Shown here piece after piece: positions 18,816-29,189 of a stretch of DNA of 64,000 nucleotides (within the stretch, counting starts at the first letter, position 1; every line of letters starts with the position of its first letter). The notes beneath the pieces are model-generated. The model did not search any database. It saw only the letters and a list, made by a program, of their open reading frames with translations, and was not told the DNA's origin. Both the position numbers and the translations under genes were made by a program. Source of the stretch: a virus; IMG/VR virus record IMGVR_UViG_3300027867_000003, positions 1 to 64,000 of that record; one strand, 5' to 3'.

Positions 18816-20029
18816 TTCAACTCACTGGCGAAGGGATCATGGTCGACCGGAACTAGACGCTCACCATTGCGTCCGATAATTGTGAGATTCGAGGGATCAA
18901 AGATAACATAGTTGTGAGTCGGTTTCCAAAATTTTGCTTCTTTCAATTTCTCTTCCAAATGCGCTATCTTAGGATCGATAACATCTTTTATGAAATTCTC
19001 ATTATAGCCCTTAGGATCGGGATTCCACCTACTCGGCGGATTGTAGCCATGAATGGCACCAAATTCCCCAATTTCTGCATCTGCTTTTTGCTTCTTCATA
19101 TAGTCTAACTGACTCTGTAAATCATACACATTAGGGGGATTTCGGCTTCCTTGATCGAGGTACCGAATTCCCGGAATCCCGGCCTCATGGAGGGCCTTAG
19201 ATGCCAGTTTCCGTGGATCAGGAATATCCCAATCACCCCTCTTCGTATATTCTTGTGTTGCAATATTGTCATATATATCTTGTCCGGACCAATCCCTGTT
19301 TCGAATCGGGTCGAAGTCGAATTTCCTCAGAGTCTCAATGACCTTTGGGCTCTGTTCTTGAAGTGGCTTGTCCCAATGAAGCAGATCTTCTTCGTCGGGC
19401 TTAACATGGACTTCAAGCAATGAAGTAGGATTATTTAATATATCTAGTACTTCCTGAGACTGTTCATGCTGAGGAGTTTTTTCAAGATATAAGTCTAGGG
19501 CTTTTCCAAAGTTGTCATTAGTCTGTTGCAAGTATCTCTCTGCTATGTCTTGAGCTCTACTGCTAGCAAGAACACTTGATCTAGCATATGATTTTGCAAC
19601 ATTCTGGTTGCCGGCAACGTAGTGACCATAGCCATAGGATTGAGCACCCTCGCCCGAGCCAATTGCCTCGTCGCGAAATTCACCGAAGGGATTATGTTCG
19701 ACAGGCTCAAATCGATGCGGGGTTCCATGATAGGCTGTAAAGGCGCCCAAGATGTCGCCCTCAGGAACTAAAGCCGCACCAGTCGGAATTCCAGCACCTG
19801 CCAATCCGAGGGCATAGCCAGGAGCCAATTCGTTGATCTGATTCAGACTATATTTGCCCCGATAAATGTTGGCGGGGGTCGAAACGAAATTTCGAAGAGC
19901 ATTGACGCCAGAGCCAACATCAGTTTTAATTGCATCATATAGACTGGACAATAGGGTTGGATCAACACCAAAGCCAAATCCGACTGCCGGTGTCGGATCA
20001 TTCTGATATGTGACTAGATTATCGGGCAA
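18812..20029 (-). CDS. ADP-ribosyltransferase-like (polyvalent-protein type) domain protein
   Basis: AYHGTPH.F, IGSGEGAQSYGYGHY, GIPGIRYLD, NYVIFD motifs. Confidence 0.65.
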   Translation of the reverse strand: MPDNLVTYQNDPTPAVGFGFGVDPTLLSSLYDAIKTDVGSGVNALRNFVSTPANIYRGKYSLNQINELAPGYALGLAGAGIPTGAALVPEGDILGAFTAYHGTPHRFEPVEHNPFGEFRDEAIGSGEGAQSYGYGHYVAGNQNVAKSYARSSVLASSRAQDIAERYLQQTNDNFGKALDLYLEKTPQHEQSQEVLDILNNPTSLLEVHVKPDEEDLLHWDKPLQEQSPKVIETLRKFDFDPIRNRDWSGQDIYDNIATQEYTKRGDWDIPDPRKLASKALHEAGIPGIRYLDQGSRNPPNVYDLQSQLDYMKKQKADAEIGEFGAIHGYNPPSRWNPDPKGYNENFIKDVIDPKIAHLEEKLKEAKFWKPTHNYVIFDPSNLTIIGRNGERLVPVDHDPFASELK

Positions 20030-20030
20030 C

Positions 20031-23000
20031 TTAGGCAGCCCCGCCTGTCATAACGCGGAGATACTTCCCCGGTCTTGTCGGATCAGGGACATAATAATTG
20101 CCGTCAGGAGCCTGACGAGCGCCAGGGGGGAAACGCCCTTCAGGTCCTGACGGAGCTGACGACGGAGAGGGAGAACCCCCATCAGTTTTCAAATCATCGG
20201 AACCCAGGTTGACTTTCGAGAGATCACCGTAGAGTTGGAGGACATCCGAGGCCAGATTTCGGAGCCCTTCGGCTTCACTGCGGCGATCCTCAGCATGGAC
20301 TCGCTGAGCCTCGGCATTGGCTTTCTGGACAATCGAAAGAAGTTGCGTTTCAAAGGTTCGATTGATCCGCTCTCGGGCGAGAGCACGGTCAGCATTGCGG
20401 TCGTTGACCTGGGCCATTAACTGTTGACGCTCGGCAGTGAGTTTCTGAATTTGTTGCTGCGATTGAGCCAATAGGGCCTGAACCTGAGGCGGAACATCCC
20501 GCATTTCGGGCTGAATCATTCCAGGCGGGAGGGTCTTTGCCAGCCGGGCTGCGATTTCCTCCGCGCCTTCCCAATCCTGATTCTTCGCCACGAGGTCGGC
20601 GATCACTGGGGCCGCAGTTGGAATGGCCCTCAGGAAGTCCATCATGGATTCGACAGTCTCAATTCGCCTAGTAGCGTAGCTGGGGCCAATCGTCACGGCG
20701 ACGCCGTAGCGACCATAAGTCGGATCAAAGGCCCGAGTGACTTTGGCCTGAGCAGAATTCTGTATATCGGAAACAGGTTTCTGCCCACCAGGTTGAATCT
20801 GAAGCTGTTCCTCAGTATCATCGTCACGGAGGATTGTCACAACGCGGCCGGGGCGGGTATAGATCTTTGGAATCAGGTCAACATAGATTTCACCTGTGTG
20901 ACGGAGGCTATGAATCAGGTTATCAATATAATTGAAGCTACCAATATCTCCCGAGCGGCGAAGCTCCCGAAGCGCCCGACCGCTTTCGTCGTACTGACGC
21001 TCTTGAAGGGTTGCGTCGAAACGAACGCCGGTTGTCGCCAACATGTCCTGGGCGGCGCCCATTGCGACATTCACAACACCGGCGGGAATTTGAGCAGGCG
21101 GAATTCGCTGCGGTGGAGGAACCATATGACCGTGGATTTCTTGGGCACGATAGGGAAGGAAAGACAGGTTCTTAGTATTAGATTCCTGCCAAACGCCCTC
21201 ATAGCCTTCTAGCTGGCCTTCTGCGATTAAATAAGGCGATTTAGGAACCAACATCGTTACTTCTGTTTCCATCGTGTTATGTGTTGCAATCATTCCCCTT
21301 CCAGCTAGAAACAGATGAGAAGGACTGTCCACAGAAATACATTTAACGGGAACAGAAGTCACAGATTCTACAGATACTATGCTGTGCCTCTTAGACCTTC
21401 TCTCTTGAAAAGGTCTGACTTTGTTTTGAATAGTTGCTTTCCTTTTAAGTCTAAATACATTTTCATCATGAGGACACGAAAATAAGAAAATATATGCGTC
21501 ACTCCCCTCATAAAGTCTACCTGTTGAAGCATTGACAGTGTTATGTTTCTCCCCAGCTTCCTTAATAATCTTGACTCTTATTCCTAGGGATGCAATAAGT
21601 TCCTCAAAATCCAAGGCTAACTTTTCGTTTGTAGTAGAAAACCCACATTGATTGTTTCGCGGGTTAATAGTTCCATCGGTGTCCATCAATCCTTGTAAAA
21701 GATTCCACCTTTGCTGGATAGAACCTCTAAGATACATTGCGGGTATGTGCTTTTTATTGACTATCAATCCCAACCCAGTAAATAAATGTCTAACACCTAA
21801 AACAGTGAATCTGCAAACCGCGTTATCTCCTCTAATATCATATTTTGTTGAACTCAATCTATATCTCAAATTTGTCAAATTATCTCGCATATTATCTACA
21901 TCAGACACACCAGAGAAAATTATAGGATCATTCTTAGATCCGTCCCCCAACCAAACACCCAATAAATATGGGTCTATGGGAAATTCCATGGAAGGAAGCT
22001 CCAAGGGCAAAGTAGTATAAATAAAATGCTTATCAGGTTCTAGTTCCTTTGTAGTTAAGATTTTATCTGTCCAGATTGTTCCAGCCGCTTTTCGACCAGA
22101 ACGCTCTTCAACCGCCCAGGGATGATCCTCATCAGCAATTATGGATGTCCCACAATTAAAAGTCACTCTAAAACATTTGTGAAACAGATGTGTTGGACTA
22201 ACTCCCTTAACATTACAGATGTCGCCTTTTTCGTCAAAAACTTTATCTCCAACAACTATATCACCAATAGGTTTCCATCCATCTGGAGTTGGAATAGGAG
22301 TATCGATTGCAAGACAGCGACTATAGTTCAGCATCCTCTGTGGATCTTTAGCTTGCCGAATAATTCCCCAGAGCTTTACCCTGCCCTCAATGTCCTGTTC
22401 ATCACCAATGACTTTGACAATCGGAATCCATCGACCTGGCCAAACGGTTTGTTCGAGGATCTGACGCCCTGTGATTTTGTACCATGTTATCTTAGGAACC
22501 AGTGATCTGCGTTTGTCGACGACCTTGAATTGTTGCAGAACCTCGGGGCGAAGCTCGTCGCGCCAACCCTCGAAACCATTTTCTAGGAGAACCAGCTCTC
22601 GGGGCTCTAATTTGGTTTCATAGTATTCCGCAATTCGAACACTATATTGATCGATCCAAGTCTTTAGGCTGTCACCGAAACCGCCTGTGACCCACGGCAT
22701 CGGGTCTGCGTCGGGCCACTGAGCTTTGAATTCATCTCGGTCAATCATCTCTGTGATGAAGCCGAATTTAGCGTCACTTCCGTCTATTTCGGTAGAATCG
22801 GGATCAAGATAAACTGAGTAGGCATTCCTAATGCGTTTACAAACAATGATTTGATCGAAGGTATCGGGGTCAGCATATTCAGTTGTAACTCGCCAGTATC
22901 CCCAACCTTTTCTGACGGCAGACTCGAAGCCAGTGTCATAGGCTCGATCTGCACGACTGTCGCGTTCGATTTCACGAATAAGCCCACGATAAATCCGAGC

Positions 23001-23417
23001 AACTTCAACATCGCTCCGGTCGCCAATCGGATGAATGTCGAGCGTTGGGCGGTTCTGGCGTTGGTCATTCGTAACTTGTTTAACGAGGACTGGAAACTTA
23101 TTGACCGTGAGGCAGGGACGTCGTTCCGAGTTCCTTCGTGCCCGATCGTTGGCGCTCCACTGATCTCCAGCATAGAATTTGTCGTCGTCGAGACCTTCGC
23201 GGCGATTATCGGCCTCAGCCGAGATGCAACGTTCGAGGCGCTTGCGGGCACGAGAGAGGACTTCGGCTTCATCCTCTTGCTGAGATTGATATTCGGCACG
23301 GAGAGGACGCACATTGGAATTATCGTTAAGATCAGTCGGTGAAATTTTATTCATTCCGACGTCGACCTTTGGCAAACTGATCTTGCCACTGTCGCGTGGG
23401 CTATCAGGGTCCTGCAC
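20031..23417 (-). CDS. portal protein (P22-like), intein-containing
   Basis: FYAGDQW, RPCLTVN, GWGYWRV, WPGRWIPIV, AKDPQRMLNY, ESGRA, GPSYATRR motifs. Confidence 0.92.
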   Translation of the reverse strand: MQDPDSPRDSGKISLPKVDVGMNKISPTDLNDNSNVRPLRAEYQSQQEDEAEVLSRARKRLERCISAEADNRREGLDDDKFYAGDQWSANDRARRNSERRPCLTVNKFPVLVKQVTNDQRQNRPTLDIHPIGDRSDVEVARIYRGLIREIERDSRADRAYDTGFESAVRKGWGYWRVTTEYADPDTFDQIIVCKRIRNAYSVYLDPDSTEIDGSDAKFGFITEMIDRDEFKAQWPDADPMPWVTGGFGDSLKTWIDQYSVRIAEYYETKLEPRELVLLENGFEGWRDELRPEVLQQFKVVDKRRSLVPKITWYKITGRQILEQTVWPGRWIPIVKVIGDEQDIEGRVKLWGIIRQAKDPQRMLNYSRCLAIDTPIPTPDGWKPIGDIVVGDKVFDEKGDICNVKGVSPTHLFHKCFRVTFNCGTSIIADEDHPWAVEERSGRKAAGTIWTDKILTTKELEPDKHFIYTTLPLELPSMEFPIDPYLLGVWLGDGSKNDPIIFSGVSDVDNMRDNLTNLRYRLSSTKYDIRGDNAVCRFTVLGVRHLFTGLGLIVNKKHIPAMYLRGSIQQRWNLLQGLMDTDGTINPRNNQCGFSTTNEKLALDFEELIASLGIRVKIIKEAGEKHNTVNASTGRLYEGSDAYIFLFSCPHDENVFRLKRKATIQNKVRPFQERRSKRHSIVSVESVTSVPVKCISVDSPSHLFLAGRGMIATHNTMETEVTMLVPKSPYLIAEGQLEGYEGVWQESNTKNLSFLPYRAQEIHGHMVPPPQRIPPAQIPAGVVNVAMGAAQDMLATTGVRFDATLQERQYDESGRALRELRRSGDIGSFNYIDNLIHSLRHTGEIYVDLIPKIYTRPGRVVTILRDDDTEEQLQIQPGGQKPVSDIQNSAQAKVTRAFDPTYGRYGVAVTIGPSYATRRIETVESMMDFLRAIPTAAPVIADLVAKNQDWEGAEEIAARLAKTLPPGMIQPEMRDVPPQVQALLAQSQQQIQKLTAERQQLMAQVNDRNADRALARERINRTFETQLLSIVQKANAEAQRVHAEDRRSEAEGLRNLASDVLQLYGDLSKVNLGSDDLKTDGGSPSPSSAPSGPEGRFPPGARQAPDGNYYVPDPTRPGKYLRVMTGGAA
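21276..22316 (-). mobile_element. intein with LAGLIDADG homing endonuclease (347 aa)
   Basis: Begins CLAIDTPIPT, ends THN followed by Thr; LLGVWLGDG and LQGLMDTDG blocks; AT-rich relative to exteins. Confidence 0.93.
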
Positions 23418-23431
23418 AGAGGTTATCCGCC

Positions 23432-23668
23432 TTAAATCTCACTGTGAATTCGGGTCATCAATTCACCAATTTTGTCCATTCGTGAATGAAGCCTACGGAT
23501 AAGATCAAGGGTCGTGGGAACTTCGCCCCCTGTGGGAGCAACCGAGACTCCAACGTCTGTTCCATCGATGTGTTTGGCAAGAAATTTGGTAATGGAGGAA
23601 ATGTGGTCCATTAACCGCTGATCGAGGGATTGGAGTTCTCCGGTAATCGAGGGTTTGATGTCGGGCAT
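23432..23668 (-). CDS. hypothetical protein
   Basis: 78-aa helical ORF in the operon. Confidence 0.5.
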   Translation of the reverse strand: MPDIKPSITGELQSLDQRLMDHISSITKFLAKHIDGTDVGVSVAPTGGEVPTTLDLIRRLHSRMDKIGELMTRIHSEI

Positions 23669-23828
23669 TAGCTAATATCCCTTTCCGCCACCACCAGAGC
23701 CGCGGCTTCGGGTGGCCTTGGGCTTATCGCTTTGAAGAGCTTTTGGGGTCTTCATCGGCTTTGATTGCTTTGGAAGTCGGACGGTCTTTGGCTTATATGA
23801 GACGAAGGCAGATTTCTGTCGGGCCATT

Positions 23829-24083
23829 CTAGGAATTCCTAACTAGGACTTCGCACGGGGGAAACCCGGCTTCGATAACAGCTTCTATAGACGAGAGGGC
23901 CTTTTCGCGCGCCTCGCGGAGGGATTTCCCAATCGGAGGCTTTGAGATCACGGCGAAGTATTCTCCATTCCGGCCATCTGAGACAGAGATTCGGAGAGCC
24001 TGAGAATCGAGAATTGGGGAATAGAAACTGAATTCACTGTATGTGAGCTTTGGTCGATCGCCCGATTTTTCCTCGTCGGTCAT
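23829..24083 (-). CDS. hypothetical protein
   Basis: Probable start MTDEEK overlapping the upstream stop. Confidence 0.55.
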   Translation of the reverse strand: MTDEEKSGDRPKLTYSEFSFYSPILDSQALRISVSDGRNGEYFAVISKPPIGKSLREAREKALSSIEAVIEAGFPPCEVLVRNS

Positions 24084-24328
24084 TGATCTTTTCCAACGAC
24101 AACCGGAACTAAGGTCGTCTGATTCGCGGCTGATAAGAGGGCAAATTTGGCCCGGTCCAAGATCCACGAGGCACGTTCAACGGTCATATCGGGGCCGCTC
24201 GTGATGACGAGAGCACCACTGGATAATTCGGATAGAATTAGAACCGAGGTTGGAGAAGACCTAATAACGGCCGTTAGGGCCGAGTCGGCCGACAGATGAA
24301 CATTGGAAATCGGAGCCGAGTCAAGCAT
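24080..24328 (-). CDS. hypothetical protein
   Basis: Probable start MLDSAP; ERASWILDRAK. Confidence 0.5.
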   Translation of the reverse strand: MLDSAPISNVHLSADSALTAVIRSSPTSVLILSELSSGALVITSGPDMTVERASWILDRAKFALLSAANQTTLVPVVVGKDQ

Positions 24329-24524
24329 GGGTTTTCCGCTTAGGAATCCAACCTCCGAGGAGAATGTAGGCAATACCACCCAAGATATAAGGAAGGGTAA
24401 AGACCGAGCCGATGACAATAGCTAGAAGGGCAACCATGATTAGGGAATTCGTAATAACGGTCAGCACGACTCCACCGCCGAATAAGAGGCAGGCGGCGAT
24501 AATTAGAAGAAGGAAAACGATCAA
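24321..24524 (-). CDS. small membrane protein
   Basis: Almost entirely hydrophobic with a basic C-terminal tail. Confidence 0.55.
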   Translation of the reverse strand: MIVFLLLIIAACLLFGGGVVLTVITNSLIMVALLAIVIGSVFTLPYILGGIAYILLGGWIPKRKTHA

Positions 24525-24724
24525 CGAATTATTCCCTGTGGACCGTTGGCGTTTCGCTTTTGGCGAAGCCGATTTTCGGAATCCCTGCCCCAGTCAGGCA
24601 TCGAAGGGTCATGTTGAGTCTGGAGAGATCGGCCATGTTTGTCGACAGGAAAGTTTTCCTTTGGCTGGGGCCACGAGCGACCTGGATGGGTCTTGAAAGG
24701 CTTTTCTTCGTGCGGAGCGGGCAT
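24521..24724 (-). CDS. hypothetical protein
   Basis: AAGGA RBS; coupled to the next gene. Confidence 0.5.
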   Translation of the reverse strand: MPAPHEEKPFKTHPGRSWPQPKENFPVDKHGRSLQTQHDPSMPDWGRDSENRLRQKRNANGPQGIIR

Positions 24725-25221
24725 CAGAGGTAGTTCCTTTGACCTAAGTTCTCAAGGCATACAACGCACGGGGCCGGGGCAAACGACTGTTGGTTCTCCC
24801 TCACGACAGAGAATAACCCCATCGTGAGGGACCAAGGCAACACGGTGCAACTTTGCTGTAGCAGATGATTTGTTGGCCCAGTTACGGTTCCCCACCATCT
24901 TTAACGACCGCTTGTGGCGAATCGAACTACATTGCATCATGCAGACTATAGAACCAAGGCGCTTTGGTAGTAGCAGCAGTGGTAGTGATGGCGATGGGCA
25001 TAAGCCCAGCCACGTTTGCGGTCGCGGGTAGCGAACCGCCCTGCTCCACACCAACCGCCCCGCGCCGACTTAGGTGGGGGTTCACGAGAGTCGAAATTCT
25101 CGCGCCCCGGGCCAAAGGCCCCACGCTGGACTAATGCAGCAGTTTTGATCGACAAGTTGAGCCCACCGGAGCGACAGACAGGCGCCTCATTCAGTCGCAT
25201 GTCTTGGCCCATTCCTGCGTT

Positions 25222-25527
25222 CTAGTCCTGACTGCCAGTCAATGTGCGATTCTCTGACTCGGTCGATTGATTGAGCCAAGGAACCGATTTGCCGCCGTTA
25301 GGTTGGTCCTCAAGGGCTTCTATAGCCTTTCGGGCCTGACGCCGGACAAATTCTCGAATCTCCTCGCTAGTTGATTCCCATCGGGGTGGGAAATTGCCGG
25401 TTGCCAAACGACGCCAATTGGCATAATAAATTGCTTGAGCGACAACGTCGAGCTTTGGGTGATCGAATTGATCGGGCATTTTATCGTCCATTGTTGATGG
25501 ATCTAGGTGTTGAGCTTTTCGAACCAA
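25222..25527 (-). CDS. hypothetical protein
   Basis: VAQAIY..W..RRQARKAI motif common in small phage proteins. Confidence 0.5.
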   Translation of the reverse strand: MVRKAQHLDPSTMDDKMPDQFDHPKLDVVAQAIYYANWRRLATGNFPPRWESTSEEIREFVRRQARKAIEALEDQPNGGKSVPWLNQSTESENRTLTGSQD

Positions 25528-25742
25528 ATGGGGACTTTTTGCCAGCGAAGGCCAGCGGCCGCGACGAAGCCGAGGGACGCAAGATCACCGGAAGATAATT
25601 TCTTCGGGAGTCGGTCGTCGTTGGGCTTGTAGATGATTTCAATCTGACGGCCGAGGGTTCGCTCGCAATGGAGGTTCCAGGCCCGTAAGTCAAGGGGTTG
25701 GCTCCGAGGACCAAGAAATATGGGAACTCCAGGTCTATTCAT
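25503..25742 (-). CDS. hypothetical protein
   Basis: 79-aa ORF after terL. Confidence 0.45.
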   Translation of the reverse strand: MNRPGVPIFLGPRSQPLDLRAWNLHCERTLGRQIEIIYKPNDDRLPKKLSSGDLASLGFVAAAGLRWQKVPIWFEKLNT

Positions 25743-25809
25743 AAGGAATCCAGGGTTTCGAGAACAGAATGAATAAAGAGAACGAGAATCAGGATAATGA
25801 GGCTGCCCA

Positions 25810-27243
25810 TCAATGGACCATCCAGCTGAGGTCGGAGACGTTCGACTCTATGGATGTCGATCTGACGAACCTCCGAAGCTTCGGGGTTCGGACCATCTGG
25901 AGGCCCCGGCCAATCAAAGAACAGACGTCGACGCCGTCATCATGACGGCCACTGGGAAACGAGGTTAGCTGGTGCAACAAATCTCCTTTCCAGCGGGCAT
26001 TCTTCGGGAGAAAGACCTTCCCCATAGACGCTTTTGCCTGGAAGCTTTTGCAACGGGTTGGTTTGTCGTTGATCGAGGGGAGCCACTCAATTCGGCATTC
26101 AGCGTTTCGCTCGGTCATCCGGGCCGTTAGAAAGGGCTCGACCGATCTCCTGATGGGGCCGCTTTCGCCGAACCACAATTCAGGATCGTGGTCGAGGATC
26201 AAATCGCATTGCTTCTCGATCCAAATATCTGGGGTAGTTTGGCCGCGCCACCAGTCGGTGATATAGATATTTCCCATTGAGTCGAGATTGAAGATACCGT
26301 GTTCGGTGAAATCGCCGTGGCCTTCGGTGACGGCATAGTCGGAGGCCCCATAGGCAATCGTGTTTGCCGGAAGGGCGTCGTATTCGCCGAACCAAGAGGC
26401 TTTGAAATAGTCGCCTTCCTCAGAGACGGGGCGCTGTTGATAGAGGGCTTGCCAACTCCTGGCGTCAAGTTTTGCGACCTCAACCATCTTAGGCGTGAAC
26501 CACTCGGGCCATAGGAGAACCCCGGGTCTTCGACCCAAGGGATCGTCGACGTGGGCTTCCATGCCCAGCTCAACCACGGTCCATTGATCTGCTTCTCGGT
26601 CGAGAATTCGCCCCGCCAGATCCCGTTCGTGCCACCGAGTTGTGACAATGATCTGAGCCGCCTTCGGCTTGAGGCGGGTCAGGAAGTCAGAGATGTACCA
26701 GTCGTAGGTCCGTTCTTGGGCTCGAAGGGAATCGGCTTCTTCCCGACCTTTGGTCGGGTCGTCGATCAGGCCGATGTCGGCCCTTCGACCTGTAATGGCA
26801 ACGCCAACGCCGGCGGCAAAATACTCACCGTCGAGTTCTGTTGACCAATAGGAAACGGCTTTTGAGTCGCGGGCGATGCTGACGCCAAAGAGGGCCGCGT
26901 GGTCAGGGCGGGAGAACAGATTTCGAACCCGTCGGCCGAAGCGATCCGCTAGGTCCTGTGTATGCGAACAGGCTAAAATGGCCTTCGTCGGATTTCGGCC
27001 GAGATACCATGACGGAAAGACCATTGAACAATAGAAACTTTTCCCACTACCTGGGGGTTCGCAGATCATCAGTTTGTCGATTTTGCCGACTTCCACGGCT
27101 TCAAGGTGCCGCAGAATTAGTCTGTGATGTTGAGCGGGCGTGACGCCTAAGTCCATGTATTCGACGTAGTCGGCAATCGAGGCCCGTGCGACGGAACGGA
27201 GTTCCAATTCACGAAGGGCCTCAGGTGGACTTAGGAAGGGCAT
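25810..27243 (-). CDS. terL: terminase large subunit
   Basis: PPGSGKS Walker A, LIDDP Walker B, TTRWHE motif III, ASDYA and FPSGRHDDGVD nuclease motifs. Confidence 0.93.
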   Translation of the reverse strand: MPFLSPPEALRELELRSVARASIADYVEYMDLGVTPAQHHRLILRHLEAVEVGKIDKLMICEPPGSGKSFYCSMVFPSWYLGRNPTKAILACSHTQDLADRFGRRVRNLFSRPDHAALFGVSIARDSKAVSYWSTELDGEYFAAGVGVAITGRRADIGLIDDPTKGREEADSLRAQERTYDWYISDFLTRLKPKAAQIIVTTRWHERDLAGRILDREADQWTVVELGMEAHVDDPLGRRPGVLLWPEWFTPKMVEVAKLDARSWQALYQQRPVSEEGDYFKASWFGEYDALPANTIAYGASDYAVTEGHGDFTEHGIFNLDSMGNIYITDWWRGQTTPDIWIEKQCDLILDHDPELWFGESGPIRRSVEPFLTARMTERNAECRIEWLPSINDKPTRCKSFQAKASMGKVFLPKNARWKGDLLHQLTSFPSGRHDDGVDVCSLIGRGLQMVRTPKLRRFVRSTSIESNVSDLSWMVH

Positions 27244-27450
27244 CGATGATCGGTCTCAGAGGTCCTGCTAGGCCGCCGCCGGGGGCGTATCGGCGGCTGT
27301 GGCCGATTGAAGGGCCGTGATGGCGGAATTGAGGGCGTCGATGGCGGCCGTGATTTTCTCCTGATTAGAAACAATGAGACGGAGCCACGAGATCAGGCTC
27401 CACGAGGGAGGATATTGGGGAACCTGAGCCAATGGCTGGTTGCCTGAGGG

Positions 27451-27705
27451 CTATTGGTCGAGCTTGCGACCGCCGCCGGAGCCGCCGAGAAACGGCGGCG
27501 GATCGCGGTCCTGGGTGTGGGGATTCGTCGGGGCCGAGGTCATGATTTCGACCTTAGAGCGGGTCGGGCGGGAGCCGCTACCGACGGCGGTGTCTTGGGG
27601 CATCGAGCCGCCGTGTTCCTGCGGCATCGACGGGACATCGTGGATGATGTGGCCGCCCTTGGACATCATTTTGCCGGTGTGCGGATCGGGGCGATTAGAG
27701 GCCAT
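27451..27705 (-). CDS. hypothetical disordered protein
   Basis: AAAGGA RBS; GC-rich third codon positions. Confidence 0.55.
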   Translation of the reverse strand: MASNRPDPHTGKMMSKGGHIIHDVPSMPQEHGGSMPQDTAVGSGSRPTRSKVEIMTSAPTNPHTQDRDPPPFLGGSGGGRKLDQ

Positions 27706-27737
27706 GATGGGAGGTCCTTTCTGAGGCCGGGGGGAGT

Positions 27738-27965
27738 TTAAGGGAGTTGACCCGTAGTAATCCCCAAGGCGGGGTCAATGTAGTTCACGACATAGCCTTG
27801 GGACTTATAGAAGGCAATTTCGTTGCGAAGTGCGTCGAGAGATCCAACACCGAGAACTCTGGTCGGGCCGGTGGGAGTTGACTGGACACCATTGATGGTG
27901 ATTATTATTGATGGCGAGGTCCCCGCCGGGGATTTTGACTTCGTGATGCTAATGGTGCCGGCCAC
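27738..27965 (-). CDS. hypothetical protein
   Basis: GAGGA RBS; 75 aa. Confidence 0.55.
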   Translation of the reverse strand: MAGTISITKSKSPAGTSPSIIITINGVQSTPTGPTRVLGVGSLDALRNEIAFYKSQGYVVNYIDPALGITTGQLP

Positions 27966-28262
27966 TGATAGGTCCTCAGTTAAAGGGGGGTTTCACGGAT
28001 TTGTTGTGCGGGCTGTTAGGCTCGTCGAACTCGCGGCCGTCGAAACTGTTGTGGACGATGATACCATCGTCGATGAATGGATGACAGGGACAATCGACGC
28101 TGAAGGCGTGTTCCTGAAGATCTTCTATAGGAGTTACGTGTCGAGAGCCGTCTTCGAATATGTCGGCGCGCCACGGTTTCAGATCGAGCGCCGAGAGATT
28201 TCACTTGCCATAGGGGACTCCAGGGTTAGAGTTGCGTTTGATGATTGAGTGGTGGCTTGATT

Positions 28263-29189
28263 CTAGGTTCTTTCATAGTGAATCCTCGAGCGGATTATGT
28301 CGAAACGACAGATATAGGAATCGTAGCCCTCGTGAAAGGTAGCGAGGAATCGAACGGGAACTTTCTCACCCTCAACCCCTATTACGTCTTCGGGGATTCC
28401 AAGATGAGCTAAAGTGTCATTGGGCCGAATGCATTCTATGAGATATGATGCAAGGGAGGGTGCAAGTTCCTCAACCTTAGCAATGAATTTGCGCCAAACT
28501 GGCTCTCGGACCTCAGCCATGAATTGGCGCGACTGAAGGCTCAGTTGTTCCCATTCGTCTCCGTGTTTGACAACTTCATCGGAGGTCGTGAAAACTATAT
28601 TGTCCCGATTTAATGTGCCCCTAATATAAGTTTCAATTAGGGCCATTACACGTTTGGCGTCCTCGGCCTTTGCACCCTGTCTATCTTCAATAGGTGCGTG
28701 CTTCGTTTCGAGATTTGGGATGAGCTTTTCGATTTGGATTTCACCGCCGCAGCCAACGTCGTATTTTATGGCGATGGCGACGGCCTCGGGAGCGGTTGCA
28801 CCGGCGGCCATTGCGCCTATTAGGGTGTATTCTGCGCCGCCTTCGACATAGAAATCGGCCTTTGGATTTCTGATAGCGCGGCCCTGATAATCGACACAAA
28901 TGACTTCACCATTGGTGCGGACGATTATGGCGCCAAAGCCGCCGACTCGGTCGCCACATTTTGGATCAAATAGCTCACTGTGGCAGTCATTTTCGATCCA
29001 GTTATCTACGGCGCCGGACAGAATTAGGCCCTGGAAGATTTGGTTTGTCCCGGCTTGCCCCGCTGCCGCGCCCATTGTGCCGGATTCGGTGTTTCGGACA
29101 ATCTTGCGATTATAGCCGCGAACTGAATCGCCCCCTAGAGTCAGGGTGTCGGCGGCCATGATTCCGTCGCGATAAGCGATTGCAGTCAT
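28263..29189 (-). CDS. HslV/proteasome-beta-like Ntn-hydrolase fused to an unknown C-terminal domain
   Basis: M-TAIAYRDGIMAADT start, RKI, GAMAAGATAPEAVAIAIKYD..CGG. Confidence 0.7.
   Translation of the reverse strand: MTAIAYRDGIMAADTLTLGGDSVRGYNRKIVRNTESGTMGAAAGQAGTNQIFQGLILSGAVDNWIENDCHSELFDPKCGDRVGGFGAIIVRTNGEVICVDYQGRAIRNPKADFYVEGGAEYTLIGAMAAGATAPEAVAIAIKYDVGCGGEIQIEKLIPNLETKHAPIEDRQGAKAEDAKRVMALIETYIRGTLNRDNIVFTTSDEVVKHGDEWEQLSLQSRQFMAEVREPVWRKFIAKVEELAPSLASYLIECIRPNDTLAHLGIPEDVIGVEGEKVPVRFLATFHEGYDSYICRFDIIRSRIHYERT

Noticed and set aside
24321-24524. Holin call
   Set aside because: Hydrophobic, but no adjacent endolysin or spanin recognised
25074-25124. tRNA gene
   Set aside because: T-arm-like hairpin only; no full cloverleaf or anticodon arm could be built
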